64,000 bases of DNA from Candidatus Latescibacterota bacterium (GCA_965116885.1 OZ220741.1:3136001-3200000), one strand, 5' to 3'. Shown: positions 9,261 to 19,310, counted from the stretch's first letter. Notes: a model not told the origin generated them from the sequence alone. Made by a program: numbers and translations.

Positions 9261-11657
9261 TTACTCATACCGCAATGCTTCCACGGGATTTGCTCGTGCA
9301 GCTTTGATGGCTTGATAGCTGACGGTCAGAATTGCGATGAGCAAGGCGATGAGGCCGCTCAGGATAAATGTGCTGATGCCCAGGTCGATGCGGTACGCGA
9401 AGCTCTGTAGCCACTGGTTCATCGCGTAGTATGCAATTGGCCATGCGATGAGATTGGCAATGAGGACGAGTTTGAGAAAGTCTTTGGAGAGCAGGCACAC
9501 AATGCCTGAGACAGAGGCACCGAGGATTTTGCGAATGCCGATTTCTTTGGTGCGCTGTTGGGTGGTAAATGCAGCCAGACCAAAGAGACCGAGGCAGGCG
9601 ATGAGGATGGCGAGGCCGGAAAAGATTTGGAATACATGGGACATTTGTTGTTCGCGATTGTAGAGTCTGGCGTAATCCTGGTCTAAGAATGTGTAGTTGA
9701 ACGGCTGATTTGGGGCGAGCTTTTTCCAGGTTTCTTCAACAGCAGAAATGGCTTCTGCGACATTGCCTGGATGGAGGCGAATGGCGAGGTACATTGGAAA
9801 CCAGCGTAGATAGGGCAATACGAGCGGTTTGATTTCCTGCTTGAGTGAGCCGATGTGGAAATCGGAGACCACGCCGATAATTGGGCCTTCCATTCTGCCG
9901 CCTATGCTGAGTTTTTTTCCAAGTGCGGTTTGCCACCCCAGTGCTTTGACAGCGGATTGGTTGACGAGAAATGCAGAGACATCTGTTGCATGTTCTGTGG
10001 GGGAAAAGTTGCGGCCCTCTACAATTTCTATATTCAGTGCCTCGACGTATTTTTCATCTGCCATTGTGTATGTGAGGGATGTTTCTTCGTAGTTTGCCGG
10101 TTGTTCCGGTTTGAAGCGCATAGAATCAAAAGTTCGCCCCGGTACGCCCGTATTGAGTGAGGCTGTAGCTACCTGCGGCAGCGTTTCGAATTGGTCTCTG
10201 AATGTGATCAAATTTTGGAAAACTCGTTTGGGTGTGGTCTGCTGGGTGCGCGGCACACCCTGAAGAACAAGGACGTGTTCTTTGTCAAATCCGAGATGTT
10301 TATTTTGCGCGAAATGAAGCTGGTTGCGAACGACGAGGGTGCCGACCAGGAGACTGATGGAAATGCAAAACTGTGCGATGACCAATCCGTTGCGAAGATA
10401 GGCTTTGCTCGATGATATATATCCTTTGAGCGCTGTAACAGGCCAGAATGAGGAGAGGTAAAGAGCTGGATACATGCCGGATAGGAGGCCGACGACGATG
10501 ATGAGGGAAAATAATCCAATGAGCACCTGGGGCGCGATCAGGCTGCCCATTGTGAGGTGTTTGCTGGCAAGACTGTTGAGGAGTGGTAGCCCCAATTCAC
10601 ACATACCAATTGCCAGAAGACTTGAAAAGGCGACGCATATGGTGGATTCAGAGAAGAATTGGCGAATGAGTTGCGAGCGGTGAGAGCCGAGGACTTTTCT
10701 AACGCCGACTTCGCGGGCACGGGTTGCTGAACGCGCTGTGGAGAGGTTGACGAAGTTAATACAGGCGAGTAGAAGGACAAAAATTGCGATGAGTGAGAAG
10801 ATATAGATATACATGATGTTGCTATTTGCAGTGATCTCGTGTCTGAGGTTGGAATATAGATGGATGTCTGTGAGGGGCTGGATGAGGTAGTTGGTGTGGT
10901 AGCCGGGCATGGATGGCATTTTGCTCAAGATGTGTTCGTGAACGTAAGCTGTAAATTTGGTTTGCAATTCAGAGGCAGATGCCCCGTTTTTTAATAAGAG
11001 GTACGTGTAAACAGTGGCCGATCCCCAGTCTGATTTTCTGCGCTCGATAATGGGGAGTGTTTTGAGGGGGGCGAGAAAGTCGAAGTGAAAGTGGGATTGG
11101 GGTGGGAATGCTTTGACTATGCCCGTGACCTGGAGCGATGTACCATTGTTGAGTTCAAGGGTTTGTCCCATTGGATCGCGATTGGGAAAGTAACGCTGCG
11201 CGCTTTGTTCGGTGAGGATGACTGCATTGGGGGCATTGAGTGCTGTTGCGGGATCTCCCGCGATGAAGGGGACGGTAAAGATGTCGAAAAAGCTGCTTTC
11301 TGCGTAGTAGAAATTTTTCTCGATGACGTAATTCGACTCTTGACGGATTGTTTGGCTTTCTCGTCTCAATCGCGTGCTGTAGGTTACCTCCGGATATCGT
11401 TCTTTCAGTGTTTCAGATATGGGTACCGATACATAGGGCGTGGTCCATTCGTTGTCGCCGTATCGGGCATCCCACAAAACGCGATAGATTTGATCGGCAT
11501 TTTTGTGAAATTTATCGTAGCTCAGTTCATCCTGTACAAAGAGCATGATCAACATGCAGCACGCAATACCAACGGCGAGTCCAGAGATGTTGACAAAAGA
11601 ATAGACTTTGTGACGCAAGAGTGTGCGGATGGCGACGGTGATGTGGTTTTTGAACAT
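9261..11657 (-). CDS. ABC transporter permease (MacB_PCD/FtsX duplicated, about 800 aa type)
   Basis: MFKNHITVAIRTL..SFVNISGLAVG, RAREVGVRKVLG, RTKEIGIRKILGAS, C-terminal ANPVEALRYE. Confidence 0.93.
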   Translation of the reverse strand: MFKNHITVAIRTLLRHKVYSFVNISGLAVGIACCMLIMLFVQDELSYDKFHKNADQIYRVLWDARYGDNEWTTPYVSVPISETLKERYPEVTYSTRLRRESQTIRQESNYVIEKNFYYAESSFFDIFTVPFIAGDPATALNAPNAVILTEQSAQRYFPNRDPMGQTLELNNGTSLQVTGIVKAFPPQSHFHFDFLAPLKTLPIIERRKSDWGSATVYTYLLLKNGASASELQTKFTAYVHEHILSKMPSMPGYHTNYLIQPLTDIHLYSNLRHEITANSNIMYIYIFSLIAIFVLLLACINFVNLSTARSATRAREVGVRKVLGSHRSQLIRQFFSESTICVAFSSLLAIGMCELGLPLLNSLASKHLTMGSLIAPQVLIGLFSLIIVVGLLSGMYPALYLSSFWPVTALKGYISSSKAYLRNGLVIAQFCISISLLVGTLVVRNQLHFAQNKHLGFDKEHVLVLQGVPRTQQTTPKRVFQNLITFRDQFETLPQVATASLNTGVPGRTFDSMRFKPEQPANYEETSLTYTMADEKYVEALNIEIVEGRNFSPTEHATDVSAFLVNQSAVKALGWQTALGKKLSIGGRMEGPIIGVVSDFHIGSLKQEIKPLVLPYLRWFPMYLAIRLHPGNVAEAISAVEETWKKLAPNQPFNYTFLDQDYARLYNREQQMSHVFQIFSGLAILIACLGLFGLAAFTTQQRTKEIGIRKILGASVSGIVCLLSKDFLKLVLIANLIAWPIAYYAMNQWLQSFAYRIDLGISTFILSGLIALLIAILTVSYQAIKAARANPVEALRYE

Positions 11658-11707
11658 GGTTCCTCCTGTTGAAATATAAGATAGGCGATCAAGTGGTATT
11701 TTTTAAT

Positions 11708-11723
11708 AGCAATAACCGTGCCA
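11708..11723 (-). promoter_or_regulatory. Sigma54 (-24/-12) promoter for the ABC permease
   Basis: Minus strand reads TGGCACG-GTTA-TTGCT, an exact match to TGGCACG-N4-TTGCW, 50 nt upstream of the ATG. Confidence 0.85.
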
Positions 11724-11786
11724 AAAACCCTTTGTGTATATTTTTCAATAGTTTAAGAGAAAACAGAAATTTGACACCCTCACACA

Positions 11787-11827
11787 AGTGTCCGATAATG
11801 ATACAGTAGTGTCCGTTTTCGGACACT
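11787..11827. promoter_or_regulatory. Tandem palindromic upstream activator sites (bEBP binding candidate)
   Basis: Perfect palindrome AGTGTCCG-TTTT-CGGACACT (11808-11827) preceded 21 nt earlier by the degenerate copy AGTGTCCG-ATAA-TGATACAG. Confidence 0.7.
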
Positions 11828-11912
11828 TGGGCATAAATAATCTATGTCTTGACATTAAACTATTTTGAAGTAAATTCCAAAATAGTTCAACTAATTTGGA
11901 GGAAAGTTCAAA

Positions 11913-13079
11913 ATGGTACACTATTCTCGGCGTTTAAAAATCGATTTGCCCAACCGGCAATCGGCTTTTTTGTGGGGACCGCGAAAAACGGGTAAATCTA
12001 CATATCTCAAACAGGTGTTTCCCAACAGTCTGGTCTATGATTTCCTGAAGACGGATTTGATGCTGGATTTCAATCGGCGGCCAGCCATGTTGCGCGAGCA
12101 AGTTCTTGCACAGTCTGAAGCATTATTGAAACATCCGATTATCCTGGACGAGGTGCAGCGCGTGCCGCTTTTATTGGATGAGGTGCATTGGCTGATAGAA
12201 AATCGGGGATTGCGTTTTATTTTATGTGGTTCCAGTGCGCGAAAACTCAAGCGGGGACGGGCCAATTTGCTCGGTGGACGTGCCTGGCGATATGAAATGT
12301 TTCCATTGGTGACAGATGAGTTGCCTGACGTCGATATAGATCTCTTGAGGATTTTGAATCGCGGCCTGATTCCCGATCATTTTGCCAGCACGCAATATCG
12401 CCGTTCTCTAAATGCTTATGTGCAAGATTACTTAAAAGAAGAAGTTTTTGACGAGGGGTTGACGCGCAATATCCCGGCATTTTCCAGATTTTTTGATGCG
12501 ATGGGATACTCTCACGGCGAGTTGACTAATTTTTCGAATATTGCACGGGAATGTGGCGTGAGTTCCAAGACTGTGAAGGAGTATTATCAAATTCTCGTCG
12601 ATACACTTTTGGGTAAAATGGTTGAACCTTTTAAGAGACGACAAAGCAGGCAGGTTATTTCCAGAGCGTCCAAGTTTTATTTATTTGATGTGGGTGTGGC
12701 TGGTGTACTTGCAAAACGGCATTTGGAGGATGCCCAGGGCATAACTTTTGGCAAAGCGTTTGAGCATTTTATTTTTTCCGAATTGATGGCACACGCTTCT
12801 TATAGTGCGTTACATTACGATGTTCATTTTTGGCGCACGAAGTCGGGGTTAGAGGTTGATTTTGTACTGGGCAATGGCGAGGTGGCAATTGAGGCCAAAG
12901 GTACAAGTCGGGTAGATAACAGGGTGCTTCAACCTATGCGTGCATTTATCGATGAATTTGCGCCCAGTAAAGCTATAGTTGTTTGCAATGAAACGGCGGA
13001 ACGCGTTGTTGGCCCAATTCGCATTGTGCCCTGGAAGATGTTTCTCCAATCTCTATGGGCAGGTGATGTGATTTCATGA
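11913..13079 (+). CDS. AAA_14 ATPase with DUF4143 domain
   Basis: GPRKTGKS Walker A, ILDEVQ Walker B, GSS, KFYLFDVG, FWRTKSGLEVDFV..IEAK. TTGACA/TAAATT promoter-like sequence upstream. Confidence 0.9.
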   Translation: MVHYSRRLKIDLPNRQSAFLWGPRKTGKSTYLKQVFPNSLVYDFLKTDLMLDFNRRPAMLREQVLAQSEALLKHPIILDEVQRVPLLLDEVHWLIENRGLRFILCGSSARKLKRGRANLLGGRAWRYEMFPLVTDELPDVDIDLLRILNRGLIPDHFASTQYRRSLNAYVQDYLKEEVFDEGLTRNIPAFSRFFDAMGYSHGELTNFSNIARECGVSSKTVKEYYQILVDTLLGKMVEPFKRRQSRQVISRASKFYLFDVGVAGVLAKRHLEDAQGITFGKAFEHFIFSELMAHASYSALHYDVHFWRTKSGLEVDFVLGNGEVAIEAKGTSRVDNRVLQPMRAFIDEFAPSKAIVVCNETAERVVGPIRIVPWKMFLQSLWAGDVIS

Positions 13080-14420
13080 TGGGCGCAGGCTTCCCAGTTG
13101 AAACCGGCGGGGATCACCGAGGCGTTTTTCCAGTGCTTTGGGTGTCCAGTTGGTGTGTGTGAGTGCCCAGTCGATTTCGCTGGCGAGCGGACTGTCGAAG
13201 ATGCCGGGGTCGTCTGCGCCGATGACGAGGTTGACATTTGATTTGAGGAATGTGTGGATGGGGTGATGGGCGGGATCGGGTACGCCGCCGATGCGGAGGT
13301 TGGAGGTGGGGCACGTTTCTATGACTGTGCCGAGTTGTGTGAGGCGGTTGAGAACAAATTGCTGGCGGTTGCGGATTTCTTCGAGGCGTTGGGGATTATA
13401 TGGGCGCTCGACTATTTCGTCAGGTGCTTGATTTTCCAGAGTTTGTCGTTCGGTTTGGAGCGCGCTGGCGTTCACTTCGATATCGAAAGCCGAAAGTTCT
13501 GAAGCGTGCGTGAGATCGTAGGCGATCTGGTCGAGGCGTTCGCTGACCCGTTCTTTTGTGTGTGCATCGGGGCGGCGCGCAATCGCCACTGCCGGGTCGA
13601 GTCCGAGTGCCGTAGCATGGCCCAATCGCCTGACACCCATTTCGGCAGCTTCGTGACACCAGCGTATCGCGCTTTCGAGGGATTTGTCAAAATAACTTTC
13701 GCCTACGTGATAGGTGATTTCGAGGGCGCGTTCAGGGCGTTGCTGGTTGTCTTTGTGTACGCGTTGGAAGAGTGCGCGGTTGTCTTTGGGGGGGTAGCCT
13801 TCTTCGATGTCGGCAAAGTCAATGCCGACGATGGTGGGTATGAGTTCGGGGTTTTCATCTATGAGTTCTTGCACCCATTCGTATTCTTGTTGCGCGGTTG
13901 ATCGGCGCAGGGTGACGATGTAACGCGCGGTTGTGTTGTTTTGCGATGCGTTTGAGAGGATTTGGGCATTTGTGCTGTGAAAGTCGATGAATGACGCTCG
14001 CGTTTCCCCACCACCGCTACAACGGTATTCGATAAAGGTGATACCTTCTTTGCGATGCCGTTCATGTGCTTTGAAAAACGCCTTGATCAGGAGTTCCTGT
14101 CTTTGGGGTGGGTGTCTCAAAAGGCTGCTGATGAGGTTGAATTTGGCTTTAAACCGACCGAAGTCGCCCCCGTCTTTTTCGGTGTAGATGTAGTGTTCTT
14201 TAAATTTGGCCAGTCCCTCGGTTGGATTGGATAGAGCATCGCGATAGAGCGCTATGGGATCCGGGCGAATACCATAAGCTGCTTCGTAGGCGTCTGTAAA
14301 TAGCGTCCAGTCAATGTCTTCGTAAAAGTCTTTGCCGAGTTCTATGAGGTCTTCGGCGGTCAAGCATCCGCCGGGATGGACATGGAGTTCGCAAGTTTTG
14401 GCTAAGTGGAGTGGGGGCAT
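13074..14420 (-). CDS. Adenosine deaminase-like amidohydrolase
   Basis: ELHVH, HVGE, RLGH, ETCPTSN and GADDPG motifs. Confidence 0.85.
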   Translation of the reverse strand: MPPLHLAKTCELHVHPGGCLTAEDLIELGKDFYEDIDWTLFTDAYEAAYGIRPDPIALYRDALSNPTEGLAKFKEHYIYTEKDGGDFGRFKAKFNLISSLLRHPPQRQELLIKAFFKAHERHRKEGITFIEYRCSGGGETRASFIDFHSTNAQILSNASQNNTTARYIVTLRRSTAQQEYEWVQELIDENPELIPTIVGIDFADIEEGYPPKDNRALFQRVHKDNQQRPERALEITYHVGESYFDKSLESAIRWCHEAAEMGVRRLGHATALGLDPAVAIARRPDAHTKERVSERLDQIAYDLTHASELSAFDIEVNASALQTERQTLENQAPDEIVERPYNPQRLEEIRNRQQFVLNRLTQLGTVIETCPTSNLRIGGVPDPAHHPIHTFLKSNVNLVIGADDPGIFDSPLASEIDWALTHTNWTPKALEKRLGDPRRFQLGSLRPS

Positions 14421-14607
14421 GTATTATTCCTCTGGATTCGCGCGTTTTGAGCCTGTTGCACACAGAAAAGTTAAGAGAATTTGCAGATTGAGACAATAAG
14501 GAAAGACATACCTATTTTCAGATTAAAAAATGTCTCAAACTGGGACAATTCACCGCTTGACGCGGCTTACTATTTGTGATATTTTATGAAGTGAAATAAT
14601 CGCGCAA

Positions 14608-14850
14608 ATGGAGGCTTACATGACCGCACAGTTGTTGATTTTTATGGGTGCAATGGTTTACCTGGGTTGGGTGTTTGTTCGATATTGGAAACGTCGCAAT
14701 CGCAAAGATGTCCCGTTTATTGAAGTGGTTGAAGATAAGCCCGTGAGTAAGCCGTATAGACAAAGGCGTATGCAAAAGAAAAAAGAGTCCGATGCCGACC
14801 GCGAGTGGCGCAAGCGCGTGCAAGACGAAATTGAAGATATGACAAAATAA
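14608..14850 (+). CDS. Small hypothetical protein with N-terminal membrane anchor
   Basis: One hydrophobic helix followed by a charged tail. TTGACG-17-TATTTT upstream and a terminator downstream. The start may be the ATG at 14620 (GGAGG RBS). Confidence 0.65.
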   Translation: MEAYMTAQLLIFMGAMVYLGWVFVRYWKRRNRKDVPFIEVVEDKPVSKPYRQRRMQKKKESDADREWRKRVQDEIEDMTK

Positions 14851-14888
14851 AGTCGCGGATTCATTAGTTCACGACAAACGCGGTCTAT

Positions 14889-14930
14889 TACAAATAAACC
14901 TCATCCTATTGGGTGGGGTTTTTATTTGTA
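14889..14930. terminator. Rho-independent terminator-like hairpin
   Basis: tacaaataaacctcatcc-tatt-gggtggggtttttatttgta imperfect inverted repeat with T tract. Confidence 0.75.
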
Positions 14931-15000
14931 CTTGCTCTTGAGCGATTTGCTTGCTACGTTACTCGTGAGCGAGCAAACCCTTTGAATTGGAATATTGGAT

Positions 15001-16128
15001 ATGCGCGAATATTTGATTATTGATGGACATCTCGATATGGCGTTTAACGCGCTGTTTTATCGCCGGGATCTCACGCAGTCTGTATATGTGTTGCGCGAGC
15101 GCGAAGACAGTATGGTGGGAGGATTGTCAAACCATCCGGATTCGCTGGAGAAACGACGGGGGCCACAACCCAAGCGGTTTACGCCAACTGTTTGTTTGCC
15201 CGAGATGCGCAAAGGGCGCGTGGGGATTATGCTTTCGACCATTATGTGTCGCGTGCAAAACCCACATGATAATACGCACAATGCGGTGCGCACACAGGAT
15301 GTGGCTTATGCGCGGGGGCAATCTCATCTGGCGTATTATCGGGCGTTGGAACGGTGTGGAGAAATTCGGTTTATCAAGTCTGTTGCAGATCTCAATACAT
15401 GTGTTGCAGACTGGGAAAATCCGTCTGACGATACACCTGTGGGGCTTATTTTGTCGATGGAAAGTGCCGATCCGATTCTGGGTCCTGACCAGGTGGGTGA
15501 ATGGTATGAGGCTGGCTTGAGATCGGTGTCTTTGACGCATTTTGGCGCCAATACGTATGGGCACGGTACGGGTACGGTGGGCGGGCTATATCCACCGGTT
15601 TACGCGCTGATGGATGCACTGTCGGAGACCGATATTGCGCTGGATCTGACGCATGCGGCAGACCTGACCTTCTGGCATATTCTCGATTATTGGAAGGGAC
15701 CCGTGCATGCCAGCCATTGCAATTGTCGCGCATTGGTGCCGGGGCAGAGGCATTTGTCGGACGATATGATCCGCGCGATCACAGACCGGGGTGGTGTAAT
15801 CGGGATGGTTTTTGCCGAGCAGATGCTGTCTCCAGCCTGGAATTGGGATGATCCGAGTACGCATTATACCACGGCAACCCGGCCGATGAAGGCGGTACTC
15901 GAACACATTGATCACATCTGCGAACTGACTGGCAGTACGGATCACGTGGCTTATGGCACAGATCTGGATGGTGGATTTGGTCTGGAGCTTTCGCCCACAG
16001 ATTATCATACGATTGACGATTTGCAGCGCTTTCTAAATCTCATGCGCGATCACGGCTATGGAGAAGACGACGTGAAGGGTTTTGCGCATGGGAATTTGGT
16101 TCGATTTTTTAATACAGCCTGGGGATGA
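15001..16128 (+). CDS. Membrane/renal dipeptidase family (peptidase M19) protein
   Basis: DGHLD, MESAD, DLTH, ASHCN and GTDLDG motifs. Confidence 0.9.
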   Translation: MREYLIIDGHLDMAFNALFYRRDLTQSVYVLREREDSMVGGLSNHPDSLEKRRGPQPKRFTPTVCLPEMRKGRVGIMLSTIMCRVQNPHDNTHNAVRTQDVAYARGQSHLAYYRALERCGEIRFIKSVADLNTCVADWENPSDDTPVGLILSMESADPILGPDQVGEWYEAGLRSVSLTHFGANTYGHGTGTVGGLYPPVYALMDALSETDIALDLTHAADLTFWHILDYWKGPVHASHCNCRALVPGQRHLSDDMIRAITDRGGVIGMVFAEQMLSPAWNWDDPSTHYTTATRPMKAVLEHIDHICELTGSTDHVAYGTDLDGGFGLELSPTDYHTIDDLQRFLNLMRDHGYGEDDVKGFAHGNLVRFFNTAWG

Positions 16129-16129
16129 C

Positions 16130-17215
16130 ATGGCCGATCATACTTACTTCATTGTCGATAGCCACTTAGATCTCGCCTTTTGCGCCATTCAGGTCAATCG
16201 CGACCTCACGCAACCTGCGGCAACCGTGCGGGTACACGATTCGGAACTGACTACGCGCAGTTTTGGGTCGTGTACGACGACGTTTCCCGAGTTGCACAAG
16301 GGGCGTGTGGGGATTGTGTTTGGCACGGTGATGTCGCGTATTGATACCAATGATCGCTGGACGCGCACGGGGATGTGGGATCAGACGCAGTGTTATGGTG
16401 TCGGGAGGGGGCATTATGCTTTTTACAAGGCGATGGAACGGCGTGGGATTATTCGGCAGATTCATACGGTTGAGGATTTGGACGCCTGTGTTGCGGCGTG
16501 GACGCAGCCTTCGGCAGATACCCCCATCGGGTTGGTGCTGGCAATGGAAAGCGCCGATCCGATTCTCGATCCAGAGCAGGTGTCCGAATGGCGCGATTTG
16601 GGCTTGAAAATGGTGAGTATTTCGCATTATGGCGTGAGTTCTTATTGCCACGGAACAGGGACAGAAGGGGGATTGCTGGATCGGGGCAGGCCGTTGCTGG
16701 ACGCGCTCAAAGACGCTGGTATTATTGTGGATTTGACGCATACCACGGATCAGGCTTTCTGGGAAATTCTCGATTATTACGACGGGCCGGTGGCTGCAAG
16801 CCATCACAATTGCCGGGCACTGACGCCGGGGCAGCGGCAGTTGACTGATGATATGATCCGCGCGATTGTTGAACGCGATGGAGTTATTGGCGCGGCTTTT
16901 GATGTATGGATGCTCGATCCAGAGTGGAAGCGGGGGGTGCCGTGTTATGAGCAGACGACAAAGGCGACGCTCGATACTGTGGTCGATCACATCGATCATG
17001 TGTGTCAGCTTGCTGGTAATGCGAATCATTCGGGTATTGGGACGGATCTGGATGGGGGGTATGGCCAGGAACAGTCGCCGAGAGATTTAAATACAATTGC
17101 CGATTTGCAGAATCTGGTGCCCATTTTTGAACGGCGCGGATATTCACCAGAAGATATTCAAAAGGTGTTGTCGGGGAATTGGGTGCGGTTGTTGAAGTCG
17201 GTGTGGAAAGATTGA
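16130..17215 (+). CDS. Membrane/renal dipeptidase family (peptidase M19) paralog
   Basis: DSHLD, MESAD, DLTH, ASHHN, GTDLDG. Start moved to MADHTY, 1 nt after the upstream stop. Confidence 0.9.
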   Translation: MADHTYFIVDSHLDLAFCAIQVNRDLTQPAATVRVHDSELTTRSFGSCTTTFPELHKGRVGIVFGTVMSRIDTNDRWTRTGMWDQTQCYGVGRGHYAFYKAMERRGIIRQIHTVEDLDACVAAWTQPSADTPIGLVLAMESADPILDPEQVSEWRDLGLKMVSISHYGVSSYCHGTGTEGGLLDRGRPLLDALKDAGIIVDLTHTTDQAFWEILDYYDGPVAASHHNCRALTPGQRQLTDDMIRAIVERDGVIGAAFDVWMLDPEWKRGVPCYEQTTKATLDTVVDHIDHVCQLAGNANHSGIGTDLDGGYGQEQSPRDLNTIADLQNLVPIFERRGYSPEDIQKVLSGNWVRLLKSVWKD

Positions 17216-17217
17216 TC

Positions 17218-17282
17218 CGCAGATGAACGCAGATGAACGCAGATAAAACGCGAATGTGTAGGGGCGATCCTCGTGGTCGCCC
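17218..17282 (+). repeat. 10-bp tandem repeat followed by a GTAG-type REP palindrome
   Basis: cgcagatgaa-cgcagatgaa-cgcagataaa, then GTAG-GGGCGA-tcctcgtgg-TCGCCC at 17258-17282. Confidence 0.7.
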
Positions 17283-17301
17283 GCTTTCAAAGGATAAAAA
17301 T

Positions 17302-18759
17302 ATGTCAGAGAGACCAAATTTGTTGTTGATTACAACAGATCAACAGCGCGGAGATTGCCTCGGGTGTGATGGGCATCCGGCGCTGGAGACGCCGTATCTC
17401 GATGAAATGGCCGAGCGGGGGGCGCATTTCCCCCACGCATATACGTCGGTGCCGTCGTGTACGCCTGCACGCGCGGGGATTATCACGGGGATGGATCAAT
17501 GGAATCACGGGCGGTTGACGATGACAGGAGGCGATCCGCTGGAATATTCGGCGACATTGCCGGGGGAACTCGCAGCGGCGGGATATCACACGCAAGCCGT
17601 GGGTAAGATGCATCACGCCCCGCAGCGCAGGTTGTATGGCTTTCACCACATGGTATTGGATGAAAGTGGGCGGCGGATGGGAAATTTTGTCAGTGATTAT
17701 CATTTGTTTTTTGATCAGCACAAGGAAGGTGCTTACGGGTATCGGGATCACAGTATCGATTGGAATTCATGGATGGCTCGGCCCAGCCATTTGCCAGAGC
17801 ATTTGCATCCGACGCACTGGACGGCGAGCGAAGGGATTAAATTTTTGGAGCAACGCGATCCGACCAAACCATTTTTTATGTGGCTTTCATTTGCGCGGCC
17901 CCATTCGCCTTATGATGCGCCCCAGGCGTATTGGGATATGTATATCGACAATGATAATATCCCAAAAGCCGCTGTGGGAGACTGGGCTGCTGAGTTCGAC
18001 AAAAAAATCGCAGATGTCAATGCGCCGCGTTCGCACCGTTCCGATGCTGAAACGCACAGGGGACGTGCGGGGTATTACGGCAATATCACGTTTATCGATC
18101 ACCAGATTGGGCGCGTGTTGTACGAGTTGCGCCACCGGGATCCGCAAGCATACCGCAATACCCTGATTATTTTTACATCTGATCACGGCGATATGATGGG
18201 CGACCATCACCACTGGCGGAAGACGTATGCATACGAAGGGTCTGCGCGCATTCCATTTATTGTGAAGTATCCCGATACATGGCGGGATGTGGCGCGAGGG
18301 GTGAAGTACGATCATCCCGTGGAGTTGCGCGATGTGATGCCCACATTGCTCGATGCTGCCGGAGTCGATATACCAGCGTCTGTAGATGGGCGGTCTCTTC
18401 TGGATATTGCGCGGGGGGATGACGAGGGATGGCGCGCGTTTGTGCAGGGCGAGCATACGTCGTGTTATACAAGAGAACACGGCATGCAATATGTGACTGA
18501 TGGGCACGAGAAGTATATCTGGTTTCATCACACGGGAGAAGAACAGTTTTTTAATCTGGATGACGATCCATTGGAATGCTGCGAGTTGTCCAAAGATCCG
18601 GCGTATGAAACGCGCATTGCGATGTGGCGCAGGCGATTGGCAGAGGTGAATGAAAACCGGGGCGATCCGAGGGGGCAAAATGGAGAACTCGTGCCGCAGC
18701 CCGATGGCGCGCTGAGTCTGTCGCCAAATTATCAGAAATGGAAAGAAGCCGCACAATAA
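17302..18759 (+). CDS. Sulfatase (Cys-type, arylsulfatase/choline sulfatase-like)
   Basis: PNLLLITTDQQR, CTPAR formylglycine motif, GKMH, SDHG; AAGGA RBS. Confidence 0.92.
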   Translation: MSERPNLLLITTDQQRGDCLGCDGHPALETPYLDEMAERGAHFPHAYTSVPSCTPARAGIITGMDQWNHGRLTMTGGDPLEYSATLPGELAAAGYHTQAVGKMHHAPQRRLYGFHHMVLDESGRRMGNFVSDYHLFFDQHKEGAYGYRDHSIDWNSWMARPSHLPEHLHPTHWTASEGIKFLEQRDPTKPFFMWLSFARPHSPYDAPQAYWDMYIDNDNIPKAAVGDWAAEFDKKIADVNAPRSHRSDAETHRGRAGYYGNITFIDHQIGRVLYELRHRDPQAYRNTLIIFTSDHGDMMGDHHHWRKTYAYEGSARIPFIVKYPDTWRDVARGVKYDHPVELRDVMPTLLDAAGVDIPASVDGRSLLDIARGDDEGWRAFVQGEHTSCYTREHGMQYVTDGHEKYIWFHHTGEEQFFNLDDDPLECCELSKDPAYETRIAMWRRRLAEVNENRGDPRGQNGELVPQPDGALSLSPNYQKWKEAAQ

Positions 18760-18772
18760 TTGTGAGGATGTT

Positions 18773-19243
18773 ATGGCCCAAAAATACTGGCTTGTAAAGT
18801 GCGAGTACGATGTGTGCTCTTTTGAAGAACTGAGCAATCGTCCCAGTGGGATTGGGTACTGGCGGGGGGTGCGCAATTATCAGGCGCGCAATTTTATTCG
18901 CGACGAAATGCAAAAAGGCGATCAGGCACTTTTTTATCAGTCGAATTGTAAAAATCCCGGTGTTGCCGGTATTGCGAATATTGTGCGTGCGGGATATCCC
19001 GATCCCTCTCAATTCGATGCGCGTCATGAGTATTACGATGAGAAGGCATCGAAAGAAGATCCGCGCTGGTTTTCTTTTGATGTGCAATGGTCAAAAGCAT
19101 TTGAGCCTTATGTCAGTCTGCAAGACCTCAAGAACAATCCCAGGCTCAAAGACATGAAGGTGGTTCAGCGCGGGCAGCGATTATCAATCCAGCCGGTGAC
19201 AAAGGAGGAGTTTGAGATTGTGTGCGAGATGGGGGGCATCTAG
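18773..19243 (+). CDS. EVE domain protein (THYN1-like)
   Basis: YWLVKCE, WRGVRNYQARN, PDPSQFD, RLSIQPVT. Confidence 0.92.
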   Translation: MAQKYWLVKCEYDVCSFEELSNRPSGIGYWRGVRNYQARNFIRDEMQKGDQALFYQSNCKNPGVAGIANIVRAGYPDPSQFDARHEYYDEKASKEDPRWFSFDVQWSKAFEPYVSLQDLKNNPRLKDMKVVQRGQRLSIQPVTKEEFEIVCEMGGI

Positions 19244-19310
19244 GGAGATAAGAAGACCAAAAGAAAATGAAATTCTTCAAAGACAATTCGTTGCAGAGAC
19301 AAGGTACATA

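Noticed and set aside
11913..14420. AAA ATPase plus deaminase as a RADAR-like anti-phage system
   Set aside because: The genes are convergent rather than operonic, the ATPase is the common AAA_14/DUF4143 type, and both are much smaller than RdrA/RdrB.
17218..17247. Possible CRISPR array
   Set aside because: The repeats are 10 bp and directly adjacent, with no spacers and no cas genes in the window.
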